Of a DNA stretch of 32,000 nt, positions 10,959 through 19,855 are shown in pieces. The position numbers and the translations under genes are program-made. Position 1 is the first letter of the stretch; every line of letters begins with the position of its first letter. A model generated the notes under the pieces. The model was not told the origin of the DNA. It did not search any database and worked only from the letters and a program-made list of their open reading frames with translations. Source of the DNA: Candidatus Harpocratesius repetitus (lineage in GTDB: Archaea; Asgardarchaeota; Lokiarchaeia; Sigyniarchaeales; Promethearchaeaceae); the NCBI GenBank assembly GCA_021498095.1, contig JAIZWK010000001.1, positions 2,520,001-2,552,000 on the forward strand, given 5' to 3'.

Positions 10959-11402
10959 TTAAAAATTGTATTTCACGACCTGTAATTTATTTAATGTATT
11001 ATGGGGAATTTTTTTTATTTTCTTTTCTGTTGTATGGAAAGATATACTTTCAATTAAACAAAATGCAATTGAGATGCAATCATTATAGGATAAAGTTGTT
11101 CTGTGCTTACATTTCAATATTCCTGCTTGATTTATTATCTGATTATTTAATTCTACCTGTATTATTGGGTACTCTTCTAATAATTCTGCCACACGTATCA
11201 AAGCGAGTGATTTTCCCTGCAAAATGCATAGATGATTAATTACTTCGATAATCGTTGTTTTCATTGTAAAAGCAGTTTTTTCTTTTTCTCGAATTGAATT
11301 GAATAATTGAATAATCTTTTCGTTCGGATCTTTACTTGTGAAAAGAACAATTATACCTGTATCAAGACACACGCTTGATTTTGGATTAAATTTCATTTTC
11401 AA
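10959..11402 (-). CDS. vapC: PIN-domain VapC-like toxin
   Basis: VCLDTGII, TTIIEV and LSYNDCISIA are the PIN acidic motifs. The gene overlaps the upstream AbrB-type gene by 17 nt. Confidence 0.85.
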   Translation of the reverse strand: MKMKFNPKSSVCLDTGIIVLFTSKDPNEKIIQLFNSIREKEKTAFTMKTTIIEVINHLCILQGKSLALIRVAELLEEYPIIQVELNNQIINQAGILKCKHRTTLSYNDCISIAFCLIESISFHTTEKKIKKIPHNTLNKLQVVKYNF

Positions 11403-11628
11403 GGCTTATTTCATCACTGTTTAATTTTTCTATTAAATTTTTATATTCTTTTGATGAAAAAGTTCGAAATTTATCCAAATAATTCTTGTTTAAAGGAATA
11501 ATAATTATTTCATCGCCTAAATCTAATATTTTACATTTATCTCCAGGAATTAAATTATATTTTTTCCTGATTTCTGATGGAATTGTAATCATCCCTTTTG
11601 CATTAATTGAAGTTACTTTGTTTGACAT
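11386..11628 (-). CDS. AbrB/MazE/SpoVT-family antitoxin
   Basis: SINAKGMITIPSEIRKKYNLIPGD is the AbrB-fold consensus (KGQITIP.EIR..L.I..GD). It lies directly upstream of the PIN gene. Confidence 0.9.
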   Translation of the reverse strand: MSNKVTSINAKGMITIPSEIRKKYNLIPGDKCKILDLGDEIIIIPLNKNYLDKFRTFSSKEYKNLIEKLNSDEISLENEI

Positions 11629-12535
11629 TTTATATACAATATTAATAAAAAGATATTCATAAAAAATTAATTGATATAAGAAATAAAAAAAAGTGTACTA
11701 ATTGATAGTATAAATTTCCATTCCCAATTAACTTCAATAGTAATAAGCGTATTTGTTTGCTCGAGGATGTCGCAATTTAATTTAACATAATTTACAATCA
11801 TATCATTAAGTGAAAATTTTGCTATTATGGTTCTTGGAAATTGCGCATTATATACTATCTGTTAATTCCATCGATTAGAAACTATGGAAAAGACAATTTT
11901 ACAAATTATTCAAATAATAGGTCTCTGAATTTAAGTTGGAAAAAAAAAGAAAAAAAGACTCTTTATTTTTTTTTTGTTCCCTTTCTAATATTTTACATAC
12001 TTTTGTATTCCCAAGATATCTTTTTATATATAAAAATTATAGCATCAAAAATATCAATGAAAAAATATCAGAGGATGACCTTAAATTTCAAAATAAACAA
12101 GGTATGAACTTTATCCCTATAATATTCGTTGGATATGATTCGATCCTCCCACAAAATCCCGAAAAAAAGACAGGAACATTCTGTTAATTAATAATTATTT
12201 TAGCAATTTTAATTCGTTATATATTCCTGTGGAAAAGTCGGATTCAATATTCCAAATAGTGGATAGAAATATCGAGCTTGATGCGCTAAATCCAATAAAA
12301 ATGAAAATAATGAAAACTATTTCCTTCTAGAAAAGTAAATAACAAAAAGAAACAAAGAATTAAATCAGTGAATTATGTTTATACCAGTAATATTTCAAAA
12401 TTGTATATACATTATCACCGAGTAACATATATCTCAGGTAGACGGGAATAAGGTATCCTAAATAGGATCCCTCTATAATCCATTGCCAATCATCTTGATT
12501 TTAATGGGTACGGTCAGATACAGCTTTATATTTTT

Positions 12536-13903
12536 ATGAAATACTTCAAAATCAGTGATAAAATGACTTATAATATAAATAATAAAGAGAATATTCTTCA
12601 AACTATAATTAAAGAATTTGAAGCCAGTTTGGATTTTTCTTCTATCCAGTTATTTACTAAGAGAATTAACCAACGAGAAAAAAACCAACCTAAAACTTTA
12701 CCAATCCAACTCATTTTGGGAAGCTTACGGGGTTATTATTTCGAAGCTTATACAAATTGGATTTTAAGCCAAATAAATACGAAGATCCCTGGATGTCAAG
12801 GTTATATATGTCCTCAAAATATTCAGAAAGAAAATCATGCTAAAGAAGGATTAACACAAGGAAATAAAGGTGAGATTGTAATAAATCGCTCGGGATTCAT
12901 GCTGAGTGAGTATGATTTTTTACTAATTTATTCTGACCATATAGAAATGATTGAACTGAAATATCGCCTACAATCTGAAAATAATCCTATTAGAAAGACT
13001 TATGTAAGATTGAATAGATTAAAGCAAATTCTTTCATTACAAGTTAAAGGAATAGTCGGTTCCAATAAAAATGAATTCACAAAACATTATTTAAATAAAA
13101 TTGAACAATTTCATTTAGAAAAGATTGAATTTTCTAGATTTAATGAATTTTTTAATTATGTCCAAACCAATGGACTCTCTAAATTGGCAACTAAATTACC
13201 CCCACAATATATAAAACTTTCTCAAATCGATAAAAAACAAATAATTTTTGCAGAAATAGAAGTTCAAATATTGAATCTTCTAACAGCAATCACAAAATTA
13301 AGTCCGAAAAATCAGAAAAAACTCAAGGAGAAATTGCTTCTTCTTGGCTCATTACCAATAGGACAATTAGTTTTAAAATCAATTAATATAACCGATGAAT
13401 TGTTTCCGTCAAAAAAGCTTCAAGATTTGGTGAGAGAAAATAAATCTCCCTTTATTATTTTTTTGAAATATGATGGTGTTCAATTTAGATTAAACCTCGT
13501 TAATAGCCAAATTAATCAGAGATATAAACATAAAAGTTTAAGATCCGCACGTTTTAATCATGAAAGTATTACATTCGTGCATTATCGTCAATCTACAGGC
13601 AGTGAAGGTTATAAATATCATCAAATTAAAGCCCTTAAATCTTTTAATCTCCCCGTAATTGATAAATCCATACTATTAATTTTGAGAAAGTTGGTTAGAT
13701 TTTTAAATAATCCTGAAAATTCTTTTAAATTCTCGAATCAAGAGATTTTTAAACTAAATTCTATTTTTGATCATATAAAATACATTCTTCGAGATATAAA
13801 TGTGAAGAGATCAAAGAAAAAACCGAAGAATAAGAAGAAGAAGAGAGCAAAGAAGAGAGCAAAGAAGAAAGCGAAGAAGAAACATAAGAAGAAAGAAACA
13901 TAA
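12536..13903 (+). CDS. Hypothetical protein with PD-(D/E)xK nuclease-like N-terminal domain and Lys-rich C-terminal tail
   Basis: GYYFEAY ... SEYDFLLIYSDHIEMIELKYR fits the E...D...ExK restriction-endonuclease-like pattern. Tail is KRSKKKPKNKKKKRAKKRAKKKAKKKHKKKET. Confidence 0.6.
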   Translation: MKYFKISDKMTYNINNKENILQTIIKEFEASLDFSSIQLFTKRINQREKNQPKTLPIQLILGSLRGYYFEAYTNWILSQINTKIPGCQGYICPQNIQKENHAKEGLTQGNKGEIVINRSGFMLSEYDFLLIYSDHIEMIELKYRLQSENNPIRKTYVRLNRLKQILSLQVKGIVGSNKNEFTKHYLNKIEQFHLEKIEFSRFNEFFNYVQTNGLSKLATKLPPQYIKLSQIDKKQIIFAEIEVQILNLLTAITKLSPKNQKKLKEKLLLLGSLPIGQLVLKSINITDELFPSKKLQDLVRENKSPFIIFLKYDGVQFRLNLVNSQINQRYKHKSLRSARFNHESITFVHYRQSTGSEGYKYHQIKALKSFNLPVIDKSILLILRKLVRFLNNPENSFKFSNQEIFKLNSIFDHIKYILRDINVKRSKKKPKNKKKKRAKKRAKKKAKKKHKKKET

Positions 13904-13933
13904 AAAGAAAGAAACATAAGAAGAAAGAAACAT
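13886..13933 (+). repeat. 16-nt tandem repeat x3 spanning the stop codon of the 455-aa gene
   Basis: aagaagaaagaaacat / aaaaagaaagaaacat / aagaagaaagaaacat. The 'cat' trimers end at 13885, 13901, 13917 and 13933. Confidence 0.85.
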
Positions 13934-14610
13934 AAAAAAAACTTAAAACATAGTTTCTGGATTCCTTTTGGTTAAGATAGATTCAATGAATGATTATGTT
14001 TGATATTTTCCTATAATTTTCGGACTAAGTTTTCATGTACTTCTCATGATTATGATTTGACATAAAGGACACAAATGATAAGTGTAAATGACATTCACTT
14101 GATTTACTGTGGTATAGGAAATACTTTTTTTCGCTAAACACGATTTCTGGCATTATTGGTCTTTTAGTCAAATCTGGATTTCCCGAAACCATTTTGATGA
14201 ATTAATTGTGAACACCAAATATATAAACAATCTGGTTGAAATTAACGATATTTTGCATCTTATGACCAAAGCTTGAAAAGGAATGCGGATGGGATGGCTT
14301 TTCATCAGAAAATTATGCACAAATTGAAAGAATACCTTTACAAAAAGAACAATTGATATAATATTGGGAAAAATATGAAGGATAACTGGGAAACCTTACA
14401 GTTTTCATCAAATTTTTATTTCGAAACCTGTACTCTTGTTCTTTCCATATATGCTTTCCAAATTTACTCTTAAATACTTTAATTATGTCGATTGTAAAGG
14501 ATTACTTCAAATTACTTAATTTTAACAATATATTAATAACAATTGTGATAAATAATCTGCACAAAATTAAAATTAAACTATTATAATATGTTTTATAAAA
14601 ACTTATGCCC

Positions 14611-14662
14611 GGCTAATAAGCATATTCTCATATTTCGTTTTATCTACCATCGATTCTTTCCC
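14611..14662. repeat. Imperfect direct repeat, copy 2 (the two blocks of copy 1 fused)
   Basis: ggctaataagcatattctcatatttcgttttat (32/33 identical to 10744-10776) runs directly into ctaccatcgattctttccc. Confidence 0.85.
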
Positions 14663-14680
14663 TTTCTTTTTTTCTCTTGA

Positions 14681-14730
14681 TCTTTCTTAATCTCTCTTAA
14701 TCTCTCTTAATCTCTTTTAATCTCTTTTAA
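14681..14730. repeat. 10-nt tandem repeat x5 spanning the HEPN stop codon
   Basis: tctttcttaa tctctcttaa tctctcttaa tctcttttaa tctcttttaa. Confidence 0.85.
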
Positions 14731-15129
14731 TATTTTATTGACGTCATTAATAAAATATCTAAAATCAGATAAATTCTCTCTTATAAATTGAAGAACCCGC
14801 TTTTGATTAATTTTTCCATATTGATGAACTAAAATATTCCTAAATCCTTTCATTGCTTTTAAATTTGATATGTTTGTAAGGTGGTTTTGTAGCAGATCAA
14901 AGAGATTTTCATCATTTTGGGGTGGTCCAAGATGTAAAAACTTCACAAGATGATAAGCTATATCTATCACATTTTCAATACAAATTTGAAGTTGCCGCTC
15001 TATCGCACGACGTTTTTCGTTTGATTTATAGAAAATCTCATCTTCTTTAGGAATAAATTCATTTAATTCTTCAAGATAATTCTCTAATTCTGAAATTTTT
15101 ATTGATATTCGCTCAATTTCTATTTTAAT
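14707..15129 (-). CDS. hepT: HEPN (DUF86/HepT-like) RNase toxin
   Basis: GFRNILVHQY gives the RX4HxY motif. The frame is open upstream of the called GTG (14970) through IERISIKISELENYLEEL...RRAIERQLQICIENVIDIA to a TAG just past 15129, so the probable start is ATT at 15129, overlapping the MNT stop. Confidence 0.85.
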   Translation of the reverse strand: MKIEIERISIKISELENYLEELNEFIPKEDEIFYKSNEKRRAIERQLQICIENVIDIAYHLVKFLHLGPPQNDENLFDLLQNHLTNISNLKAMKGFRNILVHQYGKINQKRVLQFIRENLSDFRYFINDVNKILKEIKRD

Positions 15130-15505
15130 CCACCTCTAAAAATATTTTAAAATGTGGATAGAAATCGGTAAAAGCGCGGTAGGTCTTCTCATAAATATCG
15201 CATACTTGCTCAAAATCCTTATTTATCATCAGTTTTCCATGTGTTAAAACCTCATGTTGAACATAGAGGGGCAAATCAGTGAAAAATTGAATATCTAGTT
15301 TCGATGGAAAATTTCCTTTATAATACAAGACTTTTTGAAGAGGAATACCTTTAACATGCAGAAACGGTACTAAGCAAATATCAATATCGTTATATTCATC
15401 TTCGCGAACACTACTTCCATATAAAATTAGAGCTACAATGTCAGGATCCTTTTTTACTTCAGATAGTAAACCGTTCAATAAATTTAAATCTGAAGATTGT
15501 AGCAT
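15125..15505 (-). CDS. mntA: Minimal nucleotidyltransferase (MNT) antitoxin
   Basis: ILYGSSVREDEYNDIDIC has the GS...DxD motif, and LPLYVQHEVLTHGKL follows. It lies directly upstream of the HEPN gene. Confidence 0.88.
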   Translation of the reverse strand: MLQSSDLNLLNGLLSEVKKDPDIVALILYGSSVREDEYNDIDICLVPFLHVKGIPLQKVLYYKGNFPSKLDIQFFTDLPLYVQHEVLTHGKLMINKDFEQVCDIYEKTYRAFTDFYPHFKIFLEVD

Positions 15506-16070
15506 TCTTGATTCACCAGTTACTTAATTTTAAGGAATACATAAATATAAAACACTCCTATATCACTCCATTCATAAATTTGATATTCTCTCTCTCTCTC
15601 AAAAACAACTTGTAAAAAATTATACTTAAAATATAAGAGGTTCTAGCAACTTCTTCATTTTTGACTAAATTACCATTTTAATCTTTCATTTTCCGACAAT
15701 AATCAAATTTATCCAAGAATTATTTCAGTCGGCAAAAATGAACTTTAGAAAATGGAATTATGGGTCGATTTTTGACTATTTTTAATCAAATTTTAGTAGA
15801 ATTTGATAAAAAAAGTTCTAAATTTCTGTTCGACAAATTTCAAATTTGGATGGAATATTGGTAAATGCGTAAATTATGCAAGATTTTTATTTTTTTATTA
15901 ATCTATCAAATGTTGATAAAAGCTCATAAGATCGATAAATTTTTGTGGAAATAAAGAAATCAAGCAAGAAATTTAGAAAAATTTCTCTATTGATTTAGAA
16001 ATGATATAATTTAATGACTTTATCATGAATTTTTTCATTTTCTTGCAACTGCAGAGAAACAAATGTAAGA

Positions 16071-19000
16071 TTATGAAGACTTGGTTGAATCATTAATTAT
16101 TCTCTTTAAATTTTGAAGCCATTTATTGATATCCTTCGCTTGATCATCCCAATATGATTTTTCTGGCTTTTTAACATATTCAGCAGCCCAAATCTGCACC
16201 TCTTGGTTAAATCGCTTAGCATACTCATTAAATTCTTCATTTGTATGAAACTGACCTTTATCTATAAAGGACCGTAATTTGCGAATTGAGTATGTCTCAA
16301 AAAGATATTTACAAAAGACATAGTAGGGGAAGACTTGCATACTTGGATAGGGGAGGATAACAACATTCCAATTTGTTTTCTTTTCATCTATCTCTATAAC
16401 TAGCGGATGAATTGAAATAAAAATTTGTAAATCTTCAAAACTTGATAATTTCTTAAAATATTTACTCTTCATATAATAAACCAATTTGTGCTGAGGTTCA
16501 TAACGTTCATATTTATTTGGTTGTATATCGAATTTGTGAAAGAATTTATTCAATTTTTGGTTTTTTTCATGGAGAAAAGCAAATTCGATCTGGAGAAATT
16601 CCAATTTAGAGTTGATAGGATTGGTTTTATGATCTCGTAGAAATTTAATAAATTTTCCCACCAATTTTTCTTGCTGTGATTTGCCTAATCCATCACCGAA
16701 AAATATATTAAAATTTTTCAGAAAAGTAAACAATAAATCGTGAAGATCTCTTTCTGTTATTAAAGTCGAATATTTGATCTTTTTATAAAAAAGAGTCAAG
16801 AAATAATCTAAGATAAAATCTTGGGCTTGAAGATTATTCTTTTCTAGTCGAGGCCGGAAAAAGATTGAATAACTTGCTATTTCAGTATTCCCTAATTTGA
16901 TTTTCGATGAAAGAGATGGATAAGGATTAAATGGTAAGGAAAAGAGTACTTCTTTATTGTCTTGATAATCTTTTTCATTTAAAGGAATAAAATAATTAAA
17001 ATCTGTAAAACTTTTCTTAATTTTTTCGATATTTTGCTCATTAATTATTTTTTCTTTAAAGTTTTCAAGCGAAGGGGTGAATTCGATAATATTTTTAATA
17101 AAATCTTCTTTTGAACGAATTAATGAAAATAATTTCGAATAACCTTTTTTAGAGAATAGTTGCAGTAAATCGGCAATAATAAAGTCTTCTACTGTTTTAA
17201 ATTCATATTCTTTGAGAATTTTAAATAAAATAGATATATTTGGTTTCAAAATTTGATAAAGAGAATAAATTCTCGATTTTTCACTAATTTCCACAATTCG
17301 CTGGTAGAATGTAATGAATCTTGTGTATTCTTTCAAAATGCTTGTATGGGTAAGAAATTTAGAATTATTCAATCTATCTTCGATTTTTAGATTGTTTTTC
17401 AATTTACCATTATAAAAGAAATGAGAAAATATTATATTTAATTCTTTAATAAGACTATTTTTCTTTGATGGAGTTAATTCCTTATTTTGTAAATTGCCTG
17501 GTGGCTCTATGAGTCGATAGATCTCAATTTTTAAATCAATTAGTTTGGTATGCGGAAAATAGTTAGGATTTAATGAATGAAAATATGAATATGAAATCGA
17601 TTGTGTGTGAAATGAAAGATTATAAACCAAGGGAGATTGTTCAAGAAATTTCTTGTTATTTTTCTTATCAAACTCTAATAATTCATTCCATCCAATAGAA
17701 TAGAAGATTTTTATTGGTATTAAGTTTGAATCTATATTTTGGTGATGGAGTAGCTGAATTGAAGACCCAATCAAGGGAATTTCGCGAAAAACTGATATAA
17801 AACTTTTCAAAAAATTTTCATAAAACAGTTCAAAGAGCAACAATCCATTCTCTGAAAATCCTTTGGAATTTTTCCATTCCTCTAAAAATTTTGTTTGCTT
17901 GATTTTCTCATTATAGAAATTGTTTAACTTTTGTGCGGAGATTAGTTTTATTTCAGGTTTATAATCTGATTTTTCATAGTTTTGCTTGATGTTTTGATAG
18001 TATCTCTCAATCTCTTGGAATATTGAAGAAAAGGAAACCAAAGGCAATCCATCTAATTTTATTTTTGAAAGATTAGAATTGTTAGAAAGAAATTTTGCAA
18101 TATACATCCTGAAAAATAGATCTAGATGAGAAACATTTCCATTTACAAGCATTTCTTGAGGAATTATATTTATTTCTGTTCTAAATGTTTTCTCCATCGA
18201 TTCTCCTTGTAAATTTTTCCACGTTATACGAATATTCCAATTTTTTTCTATTTGACATATATTTTCATAAGGATTTTCGCTAACTTTAGCTTTAATCACA
18301 ACTTTATCAATAAAAAACAATTTAAATTTACCACTATCCACATTCATCCATAATAACTCATGGGGATTCGGAATTATTTCCTTTTCGTCCAAGAAATTTA
18401 CAATTTCTTCATCCACAAAAAGAGTACCATGGTCGTTTTGTATTTTAAATGCGATTTCTTCTAAAAACTTATATTGATCTTCTGAATTATGCACTATTCC
18501 TATTCCGTAACTTTCTAGCATTCTTAATTCGGATTGAAAGAAATATAGTAATTCAGCCTTTAAGATCATATTGTTTCTTGAACTCAATTTCTCGTGTACA
18601 ATTCGTTCACTTGCATAGAAGCAAAAAGAAGTTTGATCCCCAGGTAGAATCGTGAATTTAGTCTCAATCTCGATTTCTTCACCGATTTTTTCAGAAATTT
18701 GCTTTTCAGCATAAGGATCTTTAATTAGATCGGGAAAATTTTTTTTACACCATAAAAATTGATCTTCGGAATAATAAATTAAAATTAGGTGATCATTATG
18801 AATTTTTAGTATTTCACCAGTTTTGACATATTCATAGGGATTATCAGCATAACCAATCTTGGAAAAAATCAATTCTCGTATTTTCTCTTTTAAAAATGCA
18901 GATGAAAAATCATTTCCAAGGATGTTATGTAAATTACTAGAAAATAATTTAGGTAATGAGAATTTTTTTGGGATTTTAAGAAACTTAAATTTCGGCATTT

Positions 19001-19832
19001 TTGGCGAAAAATTAGAATCCAATTTGAGAGTTAGAAAACATATTTCGCGAATCGTTGAACCAGAAACTTCAGGGCTGTATCCCATAAATTTTCGTGTATC
19101 ATCTTCAGGTTTGATTAATTTATTTTTCGAATTAATTATTTTTTCATAGAAATTTTGGATAATTAGAGGTGGAATCGGTAAAGAACGTTTCATTTCCCAA
19201 TTCAACTTTCGAGATAATAAAAAGCAAAAGAATTCATCCAGATCATTAAAATCTGCAATTTTCAATAAGGCAAAAATCGCACTCTGTTCTTTAGAAATGG
19301 AAATTTCATTATTTTTTAATGCTTTTAAACCTTTTTTCGTTATTTTATATTGATTTAAATAATAGATTCTATTTCGAATATAACTTTCTAAGTGATTTAG
19401 AATGTTTTTGATGGAGAATTTTAGATAATAAGGATCAGATGAATTTTTATCATGATTTTGGAATAAATTTGCATTTTTTTTTTGATTTATATCATTGTAT
19501 CTGGTATTTTTATTTACATATTTTGAATTTTGAATATTTTGAAAATGAAATTTAAGTTCGGAAATATTCGATTTGAAATTTTCTTCGTCAAAATTATCAA
19601 CCAAATCAATATATCCTTGGATTTCTAAATCATTAAAAATATTTTCAATGTGATTTTTCATTGTAATTTTAAGAGTGGAAAAAAAAAGTACTTCATAGGC
19701 AGTTATTTTTTCAAAGTAGGAAGATAACTCTAAAATCAAACGTTCCAATACATTAAGAGGTCTTTTGTATTCTAAATAGAGATTTTCAATATGAAAAAGT
19801 TGGCAGATTATTTTGGTTTTAAGCAAGACCAT
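16071..19832 (-). CDS. 1253-aa hypothetical protein, possible N-terminal winged-helix domain; last gene of the operon
   Basis: Uninterrupted 3.76-kb ORF starting 23 nt after the helicase stop. RPLNVLERLILEL...IENIFNDLEIQGYID and YKITKKGLKAL resemble wHTH elements. Confidence 0.8.
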   Translation of the reverse strand: MVLLKTKIICQLFHIENLYLEYKRPLNVLERLILELSSYFEKITAYEVLFFSTLKITMKNHIENIFNDLEIQGYIDLVDNFDEENFKSNISELKFHFQNIQNSKYVNKNTRYNDINQKKNANLFQNHDKNSSDPYYLKFSIKNILNHLESYIRNRIYYLNQYKITKKGLKALKNNEISISKEQSAIFALLKIADFNDLDEFFCFLLSRKLNWEMKRSLPIPPLIIQNFYEKIINSKNKLIKPEDDTRKFMGYSPEVSGSTIREICFLTLKLDSNFSPKMPKFKFLKIPKKFSLPKLFSSNLHNILGNDFSSAFLKEKIRELIFSKIGYADNPYEYVKTGEILKIHNDHLILIYYSEDQFLWCKKNFPDLIKDPYAEKQISEKIGEEIEIETKFTILPGDQTSFCFYASERIVHEKLSSRNNMILKAELLYFFQSELRMLESYGIGIVHNSEDQYKFLEEIAFKIQNDHGTLFVDEEIVNFLDEKEIIPNPHELLWMNVDSGKFKLFFIDKVVIKAKVSENPYENICQIEKNWNIRITWKNLQGESMEKTFRTEINIIPQEMLVNGNVSHLDLFFRMYIAKFLSNNSNLSKIKLDGLPLVSFSSIFQEIERYYQNIKQNYEKSDYKPEIKLISAQKLNNFYNEKIKQTKFLEEWKNSKGFSENGLLLFELFYENFLKSFISVFREIPLIGSSIQLLHHQNIDSNLIPIKIFYSIGWNELLEFDKKNNKKFLEQSPLVYNLSFHTQSISYSYFHSLNPNYFPHTKLIDLKIEIYRLIEPPGNLQNKELTPSKKNSLIKELNIIFSHFFYNGKLKNNLKIEDRLNNSKFLTHTSILKEYTRFITFYQRIVEISEKSRIYSLYQILKPNISILFKILKEYEFKTVEDFIIADLLQLFSKKGYSKLFSLIRSKEDFIKNIIEFTPSLENFKEKIINEQNIEKIKKSFTDFNYFIPLNEKDYQDNKEVLFSLPFNPYPSLSSKIKLGNTEIASYSIFFRPRLEKNNLQAQDFILDYFLTLFYKKIKYSTLITERDLHDLLFTFLKNFNIFFGDGLGKSQQEKLVGKFIKFLRDHKTNPINSKLEFLQIEFAFLHEKNQKLNKFFHKFDIQPNKYERYEPQHKLVYYMKSKYFKKLSSFEDLQIFISIHPLVIEIDEKKTNWNVVILPYPSMQVFPYYVFCKYLFETYSIRKLRSFIDKGQFHTNEEFNEYAKRFNQEVQIWAAEYVKKPEKSYWDDQAKDINKWLQNLKRIINDSTKSS

Positions 19833-19855
19833 ATGATTTTTTCATCTCTTCTATT

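Noticed and set aside
10880-11239. 119-aa hydrophobic plus-strand ORF
   Set aside because: Antisense to vapC; the hydrophobicity follows from the A-rich sense strand.
11800-12530. Short ORFs (11841-12107, 11936-12187) and possible decayed minus-strand gene
   Set aside because: Low-complexity AT-rich translations with in-frame stops and no recognisable family.
13960-14600. Possible pseudogene remnant (…CGWDGFSSENYAQIERIPLQKEQLI*YWEKYEG*…)
   Set aside because: Protein-like but short, interrupted and unassignable without a search.
15686-15741. Imperfect inverted repeat (tcattttccgac / gtcggcaaaaatga) downstream of the operon
   Set aside because: Long loop, mismatches and about 330 nt from the stop; too weak to call a terminator or transposon end.
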